A DNA stretch of 64,000 nucleotides, from positions 40,103 to 104,102 of the forward strand of contig CALGAR010000018.1 in NCBI GenBank assembly GCA_937959285.1. The letters run 5' to 3'. Positions 18,922-27,732 of the stretch are shown here, in pieces; positions within the stretch are counted from its first letter, which is position 1; each line of letters opens with the position of its first letter. This DNA comes from an uncultured Bryobacterales bacterium (GTDB lineage Bacteria; Acidobacteriota; Terriglobia; Bryobacterales; Bryobacteraceae). A program made the translations under genes and the position numbers. Below the pieces are notes generated by a model, which was given only the letters and a program-made list of their open reading frames with translations, was not told the origin of the DNA and ran no database searches.

Positions 18922-21312
18922 ATGCCGCTGAGGCTTTCCAGTTTCCCTCGACCTTCCGTACGTTTTAGTACCAGCGCGCCTGCCGCCCTGCTTCTGGCCG
19001 TGTTAAGTTCAGGCATGTTAATTGCCGCTAGTAGTCCGGATCTCTCATCCGCTGCGGGTGTGCTTGCTCGCACTGACACGGAAGGTGCGATGCCGGCGCT
19101 CTGCCCGCTCCGCCATACTGACGTCGAAGCCAAGATTAGCGGATTTCTCGCGCGCGTCACTGTCACCCAGGAGTTCGAAAATCCCTTCCAGGAAAAGATT
19201 GAAGCGGTCTACACATTTCCACTGCCACCGGGCAGCGCCGTTGACGAGATGGTGATCCGCATCGGCGAGCGGACTGTAAAGGGCGTCATCAAGCGGCGGG
19301 AAGAGGCTCGAGCCATTTACGAGGCTGCCCGGAACCGCGGCCAAACTTCCGCTCTGCTCGATCAGGAGCGGCCAAACATTTTTACCGAATCTGTTGCAAA
19401 CATCCCGCCCGGCGAGAAGGTCAAGATTGTCATCCGCTATGTGGAGACTCTGAGGTACGACGATGGTGTGTATCAATTCAGCTTTCCGATGGTGGTTGGC
19501 CCGCGGTACATCCCGGGGCATTTCGAGACCGGAAGGTCCGGCGGAGGCTGGGGACCGGATACCGACCGGGTACGTGATGGTTCGCGTATCACACCGCCTG
19601 TGACACCGCCCGGTACACGGGCCGGCCACGACATTTCCATTGCAGTGCGGCTGGATGCAGGCGTCCCGATCCGCGATGTCGAGTCGCCGACTCATGAGAT
19701 TGCGACAGAATATTCGGGCCCGAGCCGGGCATTGGTTCGCTTGAGCAGGAAAGCGGAAATCCCAAACAAGGACTTCCTGCTGAGGTATCGCGTCGCCTAC
19801 AAGGAGATGCAGGAGGCGATCCTTACGCACCGCAGTGGGAACGATGGATTTTTCACCCTCGTGCTTCAGCCTCCCGAGCGAGTCACCGAGGAAGATGTGA
19901 CGCCGAAAGAGCTGGTCTTCGTCCTCGACACCTCGGGTTCGATGTATGGCTTTCCAATGGAGAAGGCCCGCGAGACGATGATGCTTGCTTTGAACGGACT
20001 TTATCCTCGCGATACGTTCAACATCATCACGTTCGCCGGCGATAGCAAGATCCTCTTTCCGGAGCCGGTGCCCGCTACCAAAGCAAACCTGGCGCGCGCC
20101 CGGAAGTTTCTGGCAGACCGCTGGGCGGGAGGCGGCACTGAGATGATGAAGGCGGTACGAGCGGCCCTTCGGACGACCGGGGATACCGGCAAGATTCGGA
20201 TCGTCTGCTTCATGACTGACGGCTATGTTGGCAATGACATGGAGATTCTTGGGGAAATACGAAAGCACAGGAACGCGCGGGTCTTTTTGTTCGGCATCGG
20301 ATCTTCGGTCAACCGGTTTCTGCTTGACAAGATGGCTGACGAAGGAAGGGGTGCCGTCGAATACGTGGGTCTGAACGACGACGGAACGGCTGCCGCCCGG
20401 TGCTTTCACGAGCGTATCCGCAATCCTTTGCTGACTGATATCTCGGTCGACTTCAACGGACTCCCCGTGGAGGACGTTTATCCGAAGCGGATCCCCGACC
20501 TTTTCAGCGCCAGCCCGGTTGTGCTGCATGGCCGCTACCGCGCGCCGGCGAGTGGTGTCATCCGGATGAAAGGGTGGATGTCGGGCAGGGAAGTCGTTCG
20601 GGAGATTCCCGTTTCGCTGCCAAAGCATCAGTCGGAGAATCGCGCGCTCGCAAGCGTTTGGGCCCGTGCCCGGGTCGATGACCTCATGTCGCAGGATTGG
20701 AACGGCTTGCAGATGGGAACCACGAGGCGGGACTTGAAGGAGGCAATCACGGAGCTCGGACTCAAGTACGGGTTGATGACGCAGTTTACTTCCTTTGTCG
20801 CCGTCGAAGAGAAAATCGTCAACGAGGGTGGCGCTCCAAGGCGTATCGAAGTTCCGGTCGAGATGCCGGATGGGGTGAACCACCACAGTATTTTCGGCGA
20901 ACCCGATTGGGTGGCAATGGCTGCGCCAATGTCTGGGCCACCAATCGTTTTTGGACCTCCCGCAGGACATCAACCTGCGTACGTGACGAAGCGGGCTTCG
21001 GGGTATGTTTCCGTAGTCGAAGCCAGTGCGTCCGGCAAGCTGCATCCAAAGCTGGCTGCCCTCCTCGATCGGCTCCGCAACGGAAGCCTCAGCGAGGCCG
21101 ACAGGAAGCTGGTTATCGAGGGAAAAGTGACGATCGAGGTCTGGCTCGTCGAGGCTACTTCGGATGTGCTCGATGCGCTGGAGCGGCTCGGATTCGAATC
21201 GACAGTCCCACCGAAAGTTGCCAAAGTGCGGATTGGGCGGTTGGCGTGGGACAAACTGGAGGAGCTTGCTGCTCTCGACGCCGTTCAGCACGTAGCAGTG
21301 CATCAGCCATAA
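18922..21312 (+). CDS. VIT domain plus von Willebrand factor A domain protein
   Basis: The N-terminal VIT-like region (ISGFLARVTVTQEFENP...EAVYTFPLP) is followed by a vWA domain with the MIDAS motif VFVLDTSGSM. Start set to the ATG at 18922, with GGGAGG 7 nt upstream. Confidence 0.85.
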   Translation: MPLRLSSFPRPSVRFSTSAPAALLLAVLSSGMLIAASSPDLSSAAGVLARTDTEGAMPALCPLRHTDVEAKISGFLARVTVTQEFENPFQEKIEAVYTFPLPPGSAVDEMVIRIGERTVKGVIKRREEARAIYEAARNRGQTSALLDQERPNIFTESVANIPPGEKVKIVIRYVETLRYDDGVYQFSFPMVVGPRYIPGHFETGRSGGGWGPDTDRVRDGSRITPPVTPPGTRAGHDISIAVRLDAGVPIRDVESPTHEIATEYSGPSRALVRLSRKAEIPNKDFLLRYRVAYKEMQEAILTHRSGNDGFFTLVLQPPERVTEEDVTPKELVFVLDTSGSMYGFPMEKARETMMLALNGLYPRDTFNIITFAGDSKILFPEPVPATKANLARARKFLADRWAGGGTEMMKAVRAALRTTGDTGKIRIVCFMTDGYVGNDMEILGEIRKHRNARVFLFGIGSSVNRFLLDKMADEGRGAVEYVGLNDDGTAAARCFHERIRNPLLTDISVDFNGLPVEDVYPKRIPDLFSASPVVLHGRYRAPASGVIRMKGWMSGREVVREIPVSLPKHQSENRALASVWARARVDDLMSQDWNGLQMGTTRRDLKEAITELGLKYGLMTQFTSFVAVEEKIVNEGGAPRRIEVPVEMPDGVNHHSIFGEPDWVAMAAPMSGPPIVFGPPAGHQPAYVTKRASGYVSVVEASASGKLHPKLAALLDRLRNGSLSEADRKLVIEGKVTIEVWLVEATSDVLDALERLGFESTVPPKVAKVRIGRLAWDKLEELAALDAVQHVAVHQP

Positions 21313-21321
21313 CACACTTCT

Positions 21322-21340
21322 GGCGGCTCACGAAGCCGCC
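21322..21340 (+). terminator. Hairpin after the VIT-vWA gene
   Basis: GGCGGCT-CACGA-AGCCGCC is a 7-bp stem 10 nt after the stop. The U-tract (CAATTT) is weak. Confidence 0.4.
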
Positions 21341-21371
21341 CAATTTCCGCCATGCGCTACAATTTTCGTGC

Positions 21372-22877
21372 ATGTTCCGGAAGGTACTGGTAGCGAATCG
21401 CGGTGAGATTGCGGTGCGGATCATTCGTGCGCTGCGCGAAATGGGCATCACGAGCGTGACCGCATACTCTGATGCAGACCGGGCGTCGCTTGCAGTGCGA
21501 ATGGCGGATGAAGCAATCCATATCGGCCCCGCGTCTTCGAGCGAGAGCTATTTGAACATTCCCCGGATCCTGGAAGCAGCGCGTGCTTGCGGCGCCGATG
21601 CCATCCATCCCGGATACGGCTTTCTAAGCGAGAGCGCCGATTTCGCTGCTGCCTGCGAGACAGCTGGCGTTACCTTCATCGGCCCTTCGGCTGAATCCAT
21701 CCGGCAGATGGGATCGAAGACGGCTGCCCGCCGGAAGGCAAAGGCAGCCGGGACGCCGGTCATCCCCGGGACGGAGGAGCCGGTGCGCGATCCGGCGGAA
21801 GCACGCCGAATCGCCGCCATGCTCGGATATCCGGTGCTCCTGAAGGCCGCAGCCGGCGGCGGGGGCAAGGGAATGCGCCGGGTTGACCGGGAAGAGCAAC
21901 TTGCCTCCGCCCTGCGTGACGCTGCCAGTGAAGCAGAGCGAGCCTTTCACGATGCTTCCGTCTATATCGAGAAGCTGATCGAGAGGCCCCGTCACATCGA
22001 GATCCAGGTTCTCGGAGACCGCTTCGGCAACCTGATCCATCTTGGCGAACGGGAATGCTCTGTGCAGCGGCGGCATCAGAAGGTCATTGAAGAATGTCCC
22101 TCGCCGCTTATGATCAAGCATCCGGAACTGCGCCAGAAGATGGGAGAAGCCGCGCTATTCGCCGCCCGCGCCGTTGGTTACTACAACGCAGGGACGGTCG
22201 AGTTCTTGGTTGATGAGAACGACAACTTTTACTTCCTGGAGATGAACACTCGCCTTCAGGTGGAGCATCCGGTCACGGAACTTGTTACCGGGCTGGATCT
22301 GGTGCAGTGGCAGATTCGAATTGCGGCAGGCGAGCGGCTCCCGATCCGTCAGGAGGACATTACGTGGCGAGGCTCTGCCATTGAATGCCGCATCTATGCG
22401 GAAGACCCCGATAACGGATTCCTTCCCTCACCGGGGCGCATCGCGCGGCTCTCCATGCCGCATGGACCGGGAGTCCGGCTCGACTCCGGCATCTTCGAGG
22501 GCTGGACGGTGCCCCTGGAGTATGACCCCTTGCTGGCCAAGCTCGCTGTCTGGGCGCCCGATCGCCAGGCAGCCATTGATCGAATGCTCCGGGCGCTCGA
22601 CGAATGCTACATCGCGGGTGTCAAGACCAACATCTCCTTCTTCCGGGAAATTCTAGCGGACGTCTGCTTCCGGCAGGGTGCGCTTCACACAGACTTCATT
22701 GAGGGCTTCTTTAAGCGGCGGCACGGCGCGACGGGAAGCAGGGCTGATGCCGACCGGGAAGCGATTGCGGCCTTAGTTGCCGCCATCCGATCAATGGAGA
22801 CACGTCCTCCGGCGCCTGCCTCGCCGCCCGTGCAAAGTAATTGGCGGATCGCTGGCCGTCAGGAGATGTTTCGATGA
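21372..22877 (+). CDS. Biotin carboxylase subunit of a biotin-dependent carboxylase
   Basis: MFRKVLVANRGEIAVRIIRA N-terminus, ATP-grasp GGGGKGM loop, and NTRLQVEHPVTE. The ORF-track extension from 20697 is an open upstream frame overlapping the previous gene. Confidence 0.9.
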   Translation: MFRKVLVANRGEIAVRIIRALREMGITSVTAYSDADRASLAVRMADEAIHIGPASSSESYLNIPRILEAARACGADAIHPGYGFLSESADFAAACETAGVTFIGPSAESIRQMGSKTAARRKAKAAGTPVIPGTEEPVRDPAEARRIAAMLGYPVLLKAAAGGGGKGMRRVDREEQLASALRDAASEAERAFHDASVYIEKLIERPRHIEIQVLGDRFGNLIHLGERECSVQRRHQKVIEECPSPLMIKHPELRQKMGEAALFAARAVGYYNAGTVEFLVDENDNFYFLEMNTRLQVEHPVTELVTGLDLVQWQIRIAAGERLPIRQEDITWRGSAIECRIYAEDPDNGFLPSPGRIARLSMPHGPGVRLDSGIFEGWTVPLEYDPLLAKLAVWAPDRQAAIDRMLRALDECYIAGVKTNISFFREILADVCFRQGALHTDFIEGFFKRRHGATGSRADADREAIAALVAAIRSMETRPPAPASPPVQSNWRIAGRQEMFR

Positions 22878-23383
22878 AGTTCGACATTCGCCTTGGTGAC
22901 AAGGATGGTCACCTGGAGCTTCAGCGGAAGGGCGGCGATTGGACGTTTCGGGCTGACTGGGCAGGCGAGGAGAGCCGGGAGGGAACCGCTTCTGTTCTCG
23001 AGGTAGAGCCGGGAGTCTACTCCGTCCTCGCAAATGGCCGCAGTTTCGAGGTGAGGATCATCCAGCGAGACCACCACTGGCTCGTCGACGTCGACGGGCG
23101 TGAGTATCCAATCGAAGTCCTTGATCCGAGATCGAGGCGCGGCCGGAAAGCCGCTGCGATCCTCGACGGCCGGCAGAATGTGACTGCGCCCATGCCGGGC
23201 AAGGTCATCAGGGTGCTCGTGGCGCAGGGAGATTCGGTGAAGGCAGGGCAGGGCCTCGTCGTCGTCGAGGCGATGAAGATGCAGAACGAACTGCGGGCGC
23301 CGCGTGACGGCGTTGTTGTGCAGTTATCTGTGCGCGAGGGAGCAGCCGTTTCCGCCGGGGAAGTCCTCGTCGCGATCGAATAA
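22874..23383 (+). CDS. Biotin carboxyl carrier (biotinyl-domain) protein
   Basis: The EAMKMQNEL biotinylation motif lies near the C-terminus. ATGA overlap with the carboxylase stop. AGGAG lies 8 nt upstream. Confidence 0.85.
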   Translation: MKFDIRLGDKDGHLELQRKGGDWTFRADWAGEESREGTASVLEVEPGVYSVLANGRSFEVRIIQRDHHWLVDVDGREYPIEVLDPRSRRGRKAAAILDGRQNVTAPMPGKVIRVLVAQGDSVKAGQGLVVVEAMKMQNELRAPRDGVVVQLSVREGAAVSAGEVLVAIE

Positions 23384-23412
23384 CGACGAGCGCGCGATAA
23401 TAGGAACTTACG

Positions 23413-24177
23413 ATGGGAAGTAATGTCTGTCCGAAGTGCGGAGGTACCGGCTGGAAGATCATCGAGCGCCATGGGCTATCCGGAGCGGAGCGGTGCGACT
23501 GCGCTTTCGAGGAAAGAACACGGTATCTGGAGGAGCGCGCCAACATCCCGATCAACTACGCGAAGGCGTCCTTTGACAACTTCTCGCTGCCACAGGACAA
23601 CCAGATTGCACGGCGCGGTCTTGCCGACGTGCTGCTGCTCGTAAAGGGGTACACGCGCGAATTCCCAAACGGGGATAAACCCGGCCTCCTGCTGATCGGG
23701 GATCCCGGCACCGGCAAGACGCATCTGGCTGTTGCCGCCCTGCGCATTCTGATCTCGCGAGGCTTTGAAGGCCTCTTCTTCGACTACCTCAATCTTCTGG
23801 ATCGCATCCGGTCCAGCTATAACGAGTCTGGCCAGTACTGCGACAAGGAAGCCTACCGCTCGGCTCTGGAAGCGGAAGTCCTGCTGCTCGACGACCTCGG
23901 ATCGCAGAGGATCACGGACTGGACGGAGGACACAATCAACTCCATCATCACCTACCGCTGCAATCACCGGAAGCCTCTGATCGCCACGACGAACTTGCCA
24001 GATCCGGACGCAGGCGGGGTGCTTATGGAGCGATCTCCGAGTCTACCTGGCAAGGTGGAGTACAGGACGACGCTGGCGGAGCGCATCGGCGCGCGAGCTC
24101 GATCGAGGCTCTTCGAGATGTGCCGCGTTGTGCGGATGCCGCAAGTTCAGGATTACCGCATCCGCACGGCTCGCTGA
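23413..24177 (+). CDS. DnaC/IstB-like AAA+ ATPase with an N-terminal zinc ribbon (putative helicase loader)
   Basis: CPKCGGTGW...CDC cysteine cluster, Walker A GDPGTGKTHLAVA, and Walker B LLLLDDLG. Confidence 0.75.
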   Translation: MGSNVCPKCGGTGWKIIERHGLSGAERCDCAFEERTRYLEERANIPINYAKASFDNFSLPQDNQIARRGLADVLLLVKGYTREFPNGDKPGLLLIGDPGTGKTHLAVAALRILISRGFEGLFFDYLNLLDRIRSSYNESGQYCDKEAYRSALEAEVLLLDDLGSQRITDWTEDTINSIITYRCNHRKPLIATTNLPDPDAGGVLMERSPSLPGKVEYRTTLAERIGARARSRLFEMCRVVRMPQVQDYRIRTAR

Positions 24178-24184
24178 CCAAGTC

Positions 24185-24706
24185 TCAGGCGCTGGCTGCT
24201 TTCTCTTCAGCCTCGTGGGACTCATCCGCGCTTGGTCCGTAAATGGACGGAACGGAAGCGCCCATCAAACGCAGGTAAACCGTGAGCTGGCCACGGTGAT
24301 GAATCATGTGTGTCATGCTCGTGAGGAGATAGTCAATTGCGGGACGCTCAAAGATAGCGGTGGGAATCACTTTGCTCCAGGTCTCGGCTGGCAGATTCTT
24401 TAAGCGATCAATTACTTTCCTTACTTCTGCGGCATGCCAGGCAACGATGTCTGCAGGCGTCTTGACCGATTCGGGCTGTTCCATCAGCTTGACCTTAAAC
24501 TGCCCGTCGGCGATTCCATTCAAGAAGAAAACCTCGGCGCTAGCGACGTGCCAGGCAAGCTGAGCAGCCGGCATGTTTTTGGGATGCGGAGTAAAATCCA
24601 TCTTATCCGCGGGGACTGCTGCCAGAACACGTCGGGTCGTCTCGGCTTCGCGTTCTGCGGTGCTGATCAGGAACTGGGCAATGGTAGAGGCTTGTTCTGG
24701 TGCCAT
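24185..24706 (-). CDS. DinB-family (four-helix bundle) protein
   Basis: Size and His-containing helices (LAWHVA, MIHHRGQL) are typical of the DinB/YfiT-like superfamily. Confidence 0.6.
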   Translation of the reverse strand: MAPEQASTIAQFLISTAEREAETTRRVLAAVPADKMDFTPHPKNMPAAQLAWHVASAEVFFLNGIADGQFKVKLMEQPESVKTPADIVAWHAAEVRKVIDRLKNLPAETWSKVIPTAIFERPAIDYLLTSMTHMIHHRGQLTVYLRLMGASVPSIYGPSADESHEAEEKAASA

Positions 24707-24775
24707 GGATTATGCTCCTTGAGCAGGATAGCATCCCGGTATCTGTGACCTCCTCGGTTATAGTGGTGGTGAAGG

Positions 24776-25474
24776 ATGTCTCCCTCACGCAATCCGGCGC
24801 AGGCGCTGGTTCTGTTCGACATTGACGGCACATTAATCCGCCGCTCGGGACCGCATCATCGCGAGGTTCTGGTGGAGGCTGTCCGGCGTGTCACTGGCAT
24901 CCAGGCGAGCATCGATGGCATTCCGGTGCAGGGCATGCTGGACCGGGATATCATCGCTCAGATGATGAGGAATGCCGGTGCGTCGACTCGAACCATTCGT
25001 GCCGCAATGCCGGAAATCGTCCGGCGTGCGCAGTCGATGTATGTACGCCGCTGCCCTGATCTCCGGCGCAAGGTTTGTCCTGGAGTACGCACCGTCCTGG
25101 CCCGGCTCACGAGGAGGGCAGTGCCGCTCGGGCTCGTTACCGGCAATCTCACGCGGATCGGCTGGAAGAAGATGGAGCATGCGGGGCTTCGCTCTTACTT
25201 CCGCTTCGGTGCTTTCGCGGAACTGGCGCGAGACCGCGCAGGCTTAGTCCGCATCGCCATTGGAGAAGCACGGCGCCAGGGATGGATTCATGCGAAAAGC
25301 CGGATCACCCTGATCGGAGATCACCCGAACGACATCCACGCGGCCCGGCGGAACGGAATCTGCGCTGTCGCCGTCGCCACAGGCTTGTCGAGCGAGCCGG
25401 AGCTCGCAGCGCACGCGCCCGATCTCGTGCTGCCCGATCTTCGATCTCTCAAACTCGAAATGCTCCTTGAGTAA
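24776..25474 (+). CDS. HAD-superfamily hydrolase (phosphoglycolate phosphatase-like)
   Basis: Motif I is FDIDGTL, motif II is VTGN, and motif IV is GDHPNDIHAA. Confidence 0.8.
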   Translation: MSPSRNPAQALVLFDIDGTLIRRSGPHHREVLVEAVRRVTGIQASIDGIPVQGMLDRDIIAQMMRNAGASTRTIRAAMPEIVRRAQSMYVRRCPDLRRKVCPGVRTVLARLTRRAVPLGLVTGNLTRIGWKKMEHAGLRSYFRFGAFAELARDRAGLVRIAIGEARRQGWIHAKSRITLIGDHPNDIHAARRNGICAVAVATGLSSEPELAAHAPDLVLPDLRSLKLEMLLE

Positions 25475-25479
25475 ACGTA

Positions 25480-26910
25480 ATGCAGCCTCAATCGCTTTCG
25501 GTAAAGCGTGCTCAGGTCGAATTCCATAACTTTGCCTCGCTCGGAGAGCCCGAGCGGGCGATGGCGGCCTACCTTGAGGAGAATCTCCGGCGCAGCGGGT
25601 TCATCCGGAACCATCTTTCGTTCATCGGCCCGATGACGCCCTTTCTCGAGATTGGCGCGAATGCCGGCCACACCAGCTACATGCTGGTCAATGAGTTCGG
25701 AGCCGATGGCTTTGCGCTCGATCTTTCGGCCGATGCTCTTCGCCATGGCATTGCGCTGATGGACAAGTGGCGGCTCCAGCGTGCGCCAATCCGTATTGCG
25801 GGCGACGCGGTGAACCTGCCCTTTGCCGATGGCTCGCTCCGCTGTGTCCTGGCTTTCCAGATGCTCAGCCAGTTCATGGATATTGAGAGCGTCTTTCTGG
25901 AAGTGAAGCGCGTGCTGGCTCCCGGCGGCGTTTTCCTGTTTGCGGAGGAGCCTCTGCGGCGGGCCCTGTCGCTCCGGCTCTATCGATGCCCGTACTACAA
26001 CGCGATGAAGCCCTGGGAGCGGAAGCTCTACGATTGGGGCCTGCTCGGTTACCTGGTGCAGGACGTAATCGGTGCGCACCAGGAAGAGAGCTTCGGCATC
26101 CGGCAGAACCACACCATGGGACTGACCGATTGGGACGCGCTGATCCGGAAGCATTTCGTCGCGCATGAATACGAGGTTTTCGTCCCCCAGCGCGGATGGG
26201 GAGAGCGTGTGATGAAGCGCATTGCCCGCCGCCTTGACCGCCACGGCTCGGACTGGGTTCCCGCCCGCCTGCTGGGTGGAACCTTGGCGGCCGTTTGCCG
26301 CAAGGAGGGAACAAGCGAGGTTAGCGGCTCAATGGAACGCTTCGAGTCCTACTTGCGCTGCCCGGACTGCCACGCATCGCTCAAACGGGATATCGAGGAC
26401 GTTCTTCGGTGTGTCTCATGCGGCTATAGCGCCCCGAACGAGGACGGCGTCTTCAACCTCCTCCCGTCGCGCGAACGTGCTGAGCTTTACCCTGGCGACC
26501 GCGAGGACTTAATCGACTTTTGCCTGCCGAACCACGAGTCACGGCTTCTTGAAGGATGGCACGGACTGGAAGGCATTTTTGGCAACAAGTACCGCTGGAT
26601 CGGCGCACGTGCTGCTGCGGTTCTCAAGCGGGTGAACTCAGGTCCGCAACGCATCCGCGTTCGTGGGCATGCTCACGAGCGTCTCTTCGAGCAGGGCAAA
26701 CCCGTGCGGATCACGGTGCTGGCGAACAACGAAAAGGTAGGAGAGTGGACGCTCGACCGCACGGGTCTTTTCGTGCTCGAGGCGAATTTGCCGTTCGCGG
26801 ATCAGTATCGGATCGACGTACTGGCGTCGCCAACCTGGTATGCGCCGGGAGATGGCCGCGAGCTGTCCGTAAACCTTTCCCTCCTGCGGTTGATTCCTGG
26901 CGAAGACTAG
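25480..26910 (+). CDS. Class I SAM-dependent methyltransferase with an internal Trm112-like zinc ribbon and a C-terminal domain of unknown function
   Basis: Motif I LEIGANAGH, LAPGGVFLF, then CPDCHASL...CVSCGY...GVFNLLP, then about 150 aa that I cannot assign. Confidence 0.7.
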   Translation: MQPQSLSVKRAQVEFHNFASLGEPERAMAAYLEENLRRSGFIRNHLSFIGPMTPFLEIGANAGHTSYMLVNEFGADGFALDLSADALRHGIALMDKWRLQRAPIRIAGDAVNLPFADGSLRCVLAFQMLSQFMDIESVFLEVKRVLAPGGVFLFAEEPLRRALSLRLYRCPYYNAMKPWERKLYDWGLLGYLVQDVIGAHQEESFGIRQNHTMGLTDWDALIRKHFVAHEYEVFVPQRGWGERVMKRIARRLDRHGSDWVPARLLGGTLAAVCRKEGTSEVSGSMERFESYLRCPDCHASLKRDIEDVLRCVSCGYSAPNEDGVFNLLPSRERAELYPGDREDLIDFCLPNHESRLLEGWHGLEGIFGNKYRWIGARAAAVLKRVNSGPQRIRVRGHAHERLFEQGKPVRITVLANNEKVGEWTLDRTGLFVLEANLPFADQYRIDVLASPTWYAPGDGRELSVNLSLLRLIPGED

Positions 26911-26933
26911 CGTTGCCTCTCTTCTCAATGCAC

Positions 26934-27662
26934 TTACCGGAACGTGCGAAGTTCAGGGTCGCGCAAGTGCGGTATGGCGTTGAAGCTGAGCAGGGAGAGC
27001 GAGCCATTCTTCCTCGTCAGTACAGTGATCGCAGTATTGTATAAGGCCCCGGCGAGCTGCAGCGTGCGAGCAGTATCCAGGTTAAGAATGCGGCTCAACC
27101 AGATCGCCGTCGGCGTCGCTGATGTGAAGATGGCGATCGGTGCGCCGTCGTCGGGCCCGCAGAGTCTCTCTTCGCAGCTTTGCACGCGTTCGCGGAAGCT
27201 GTTCCAGGATTCACAGTTGACCTCGTAGCGCCCCTCCACCCAGGCACGCATCATCGCAACATCGCAGCGTGTCCATTTGCGATGGATTGGTGCAGCAGAG
27301 TCGCCCTTACTGGCCTGGATGGCCTTCTGCAATTCCGCGTACTCCCGGCGGAAGACCTCGTCGTCCTGGCAAAGCCTCGGAGCGATTTCCCGGAACGTCG
27401 CGTCCAGATCAAACTCGGTCCACGCGCGGTCGGTTTGCACTTCAGGGAACGGAATTCCGGCCTCATCGAACACGCGGCATACTGTGGCCGCAGTCTCACG
27501 CTGGCGATGCAGTTCTCCGGCGTAGATCGCCTTGAAGCGCAATCCCTCAGTCGCAAGATACTCGCCCAGCAAGCGAGCCTGTCTTAGACCGAGCTCAGAC
27601 AGAGTGTCGTAATTGTCTCGAGTGCCCGCCTGCCCGTGGCGGAAGATCCATACGTCGCTCAA
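26934..27662 (-). CDS. Histidine phosphatase (phosphoglycerate mutase) family protein
   Basis: N-terminal catalytic motif IFRHGQAG. TTG start. Confidence 0.75.
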   Translation of the reverse strand: MSDVWIFRHGQAGTRDNYDTLSELGLRQARLLGEYLATEGLRFKAIYAGELHRQRETAATVCRVFDEAGIPFPEVQTDRAWTEFDLDATFREIAPRLCQDDEVFRREYAELQKAIQASKGDSAAPIHRKWTRCDVAMMRAWVEGRYEVNCESWNSFRERVQSCEERLCGPDDGAPIAIFTSATPTAIWLSRILNLDTARTLQLAGALYNTAITVLTRKNGSLSLLSFNAIPHLRDPELRTFR

Positions 27663-27732
27663 CTACCCTCTCGGCGGCTTGCGCCGCTCAACCCCAATCA
27701 AAACTTTATGGTACGCGATCCGGCTCGTTGGG

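Noticed and set aside
19045-21315. 756-aa ORF antisense to the VIT-vWA gene and almost coextensive with it
   Set aside because: Its codon boundaries coincide exactly with those of the sense gene; both have low coordinates congruent to 1 mod 3. Antisense stops can therefore arise only from sense TTA, CTA or TCA codons, which this GC-rich gene avoids. The product is Arg/Pro/His-rich low-complexity sequence with no motifs. It is a shadow ORF.
20697-21371. 225-codon N-terminal extension of the biotin carboxylase ORF. Analogous extensions occur at 28987-29160 (HyuB), 16621-16719 (PP2C), 58803-58910 (ADOP) and 52259-52345 (TonB receptor).
   Set aside because: The extensions overlap upstream genes or intergenic DNA and translate to Arg/Gly-rich nonsense. 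In each case a family-typical N-terminus with an SD or an ATGA/GTGA coupling lies at the internal start.
23413-24177. The IstB-like ATPase as evidence of an IS21-type mobile element
   Set aside because: There is no IstA transposase ORF, no terminal inverted repeats and no compositional break. The flanks are housekeeping genes only 29 and 7 nt away.
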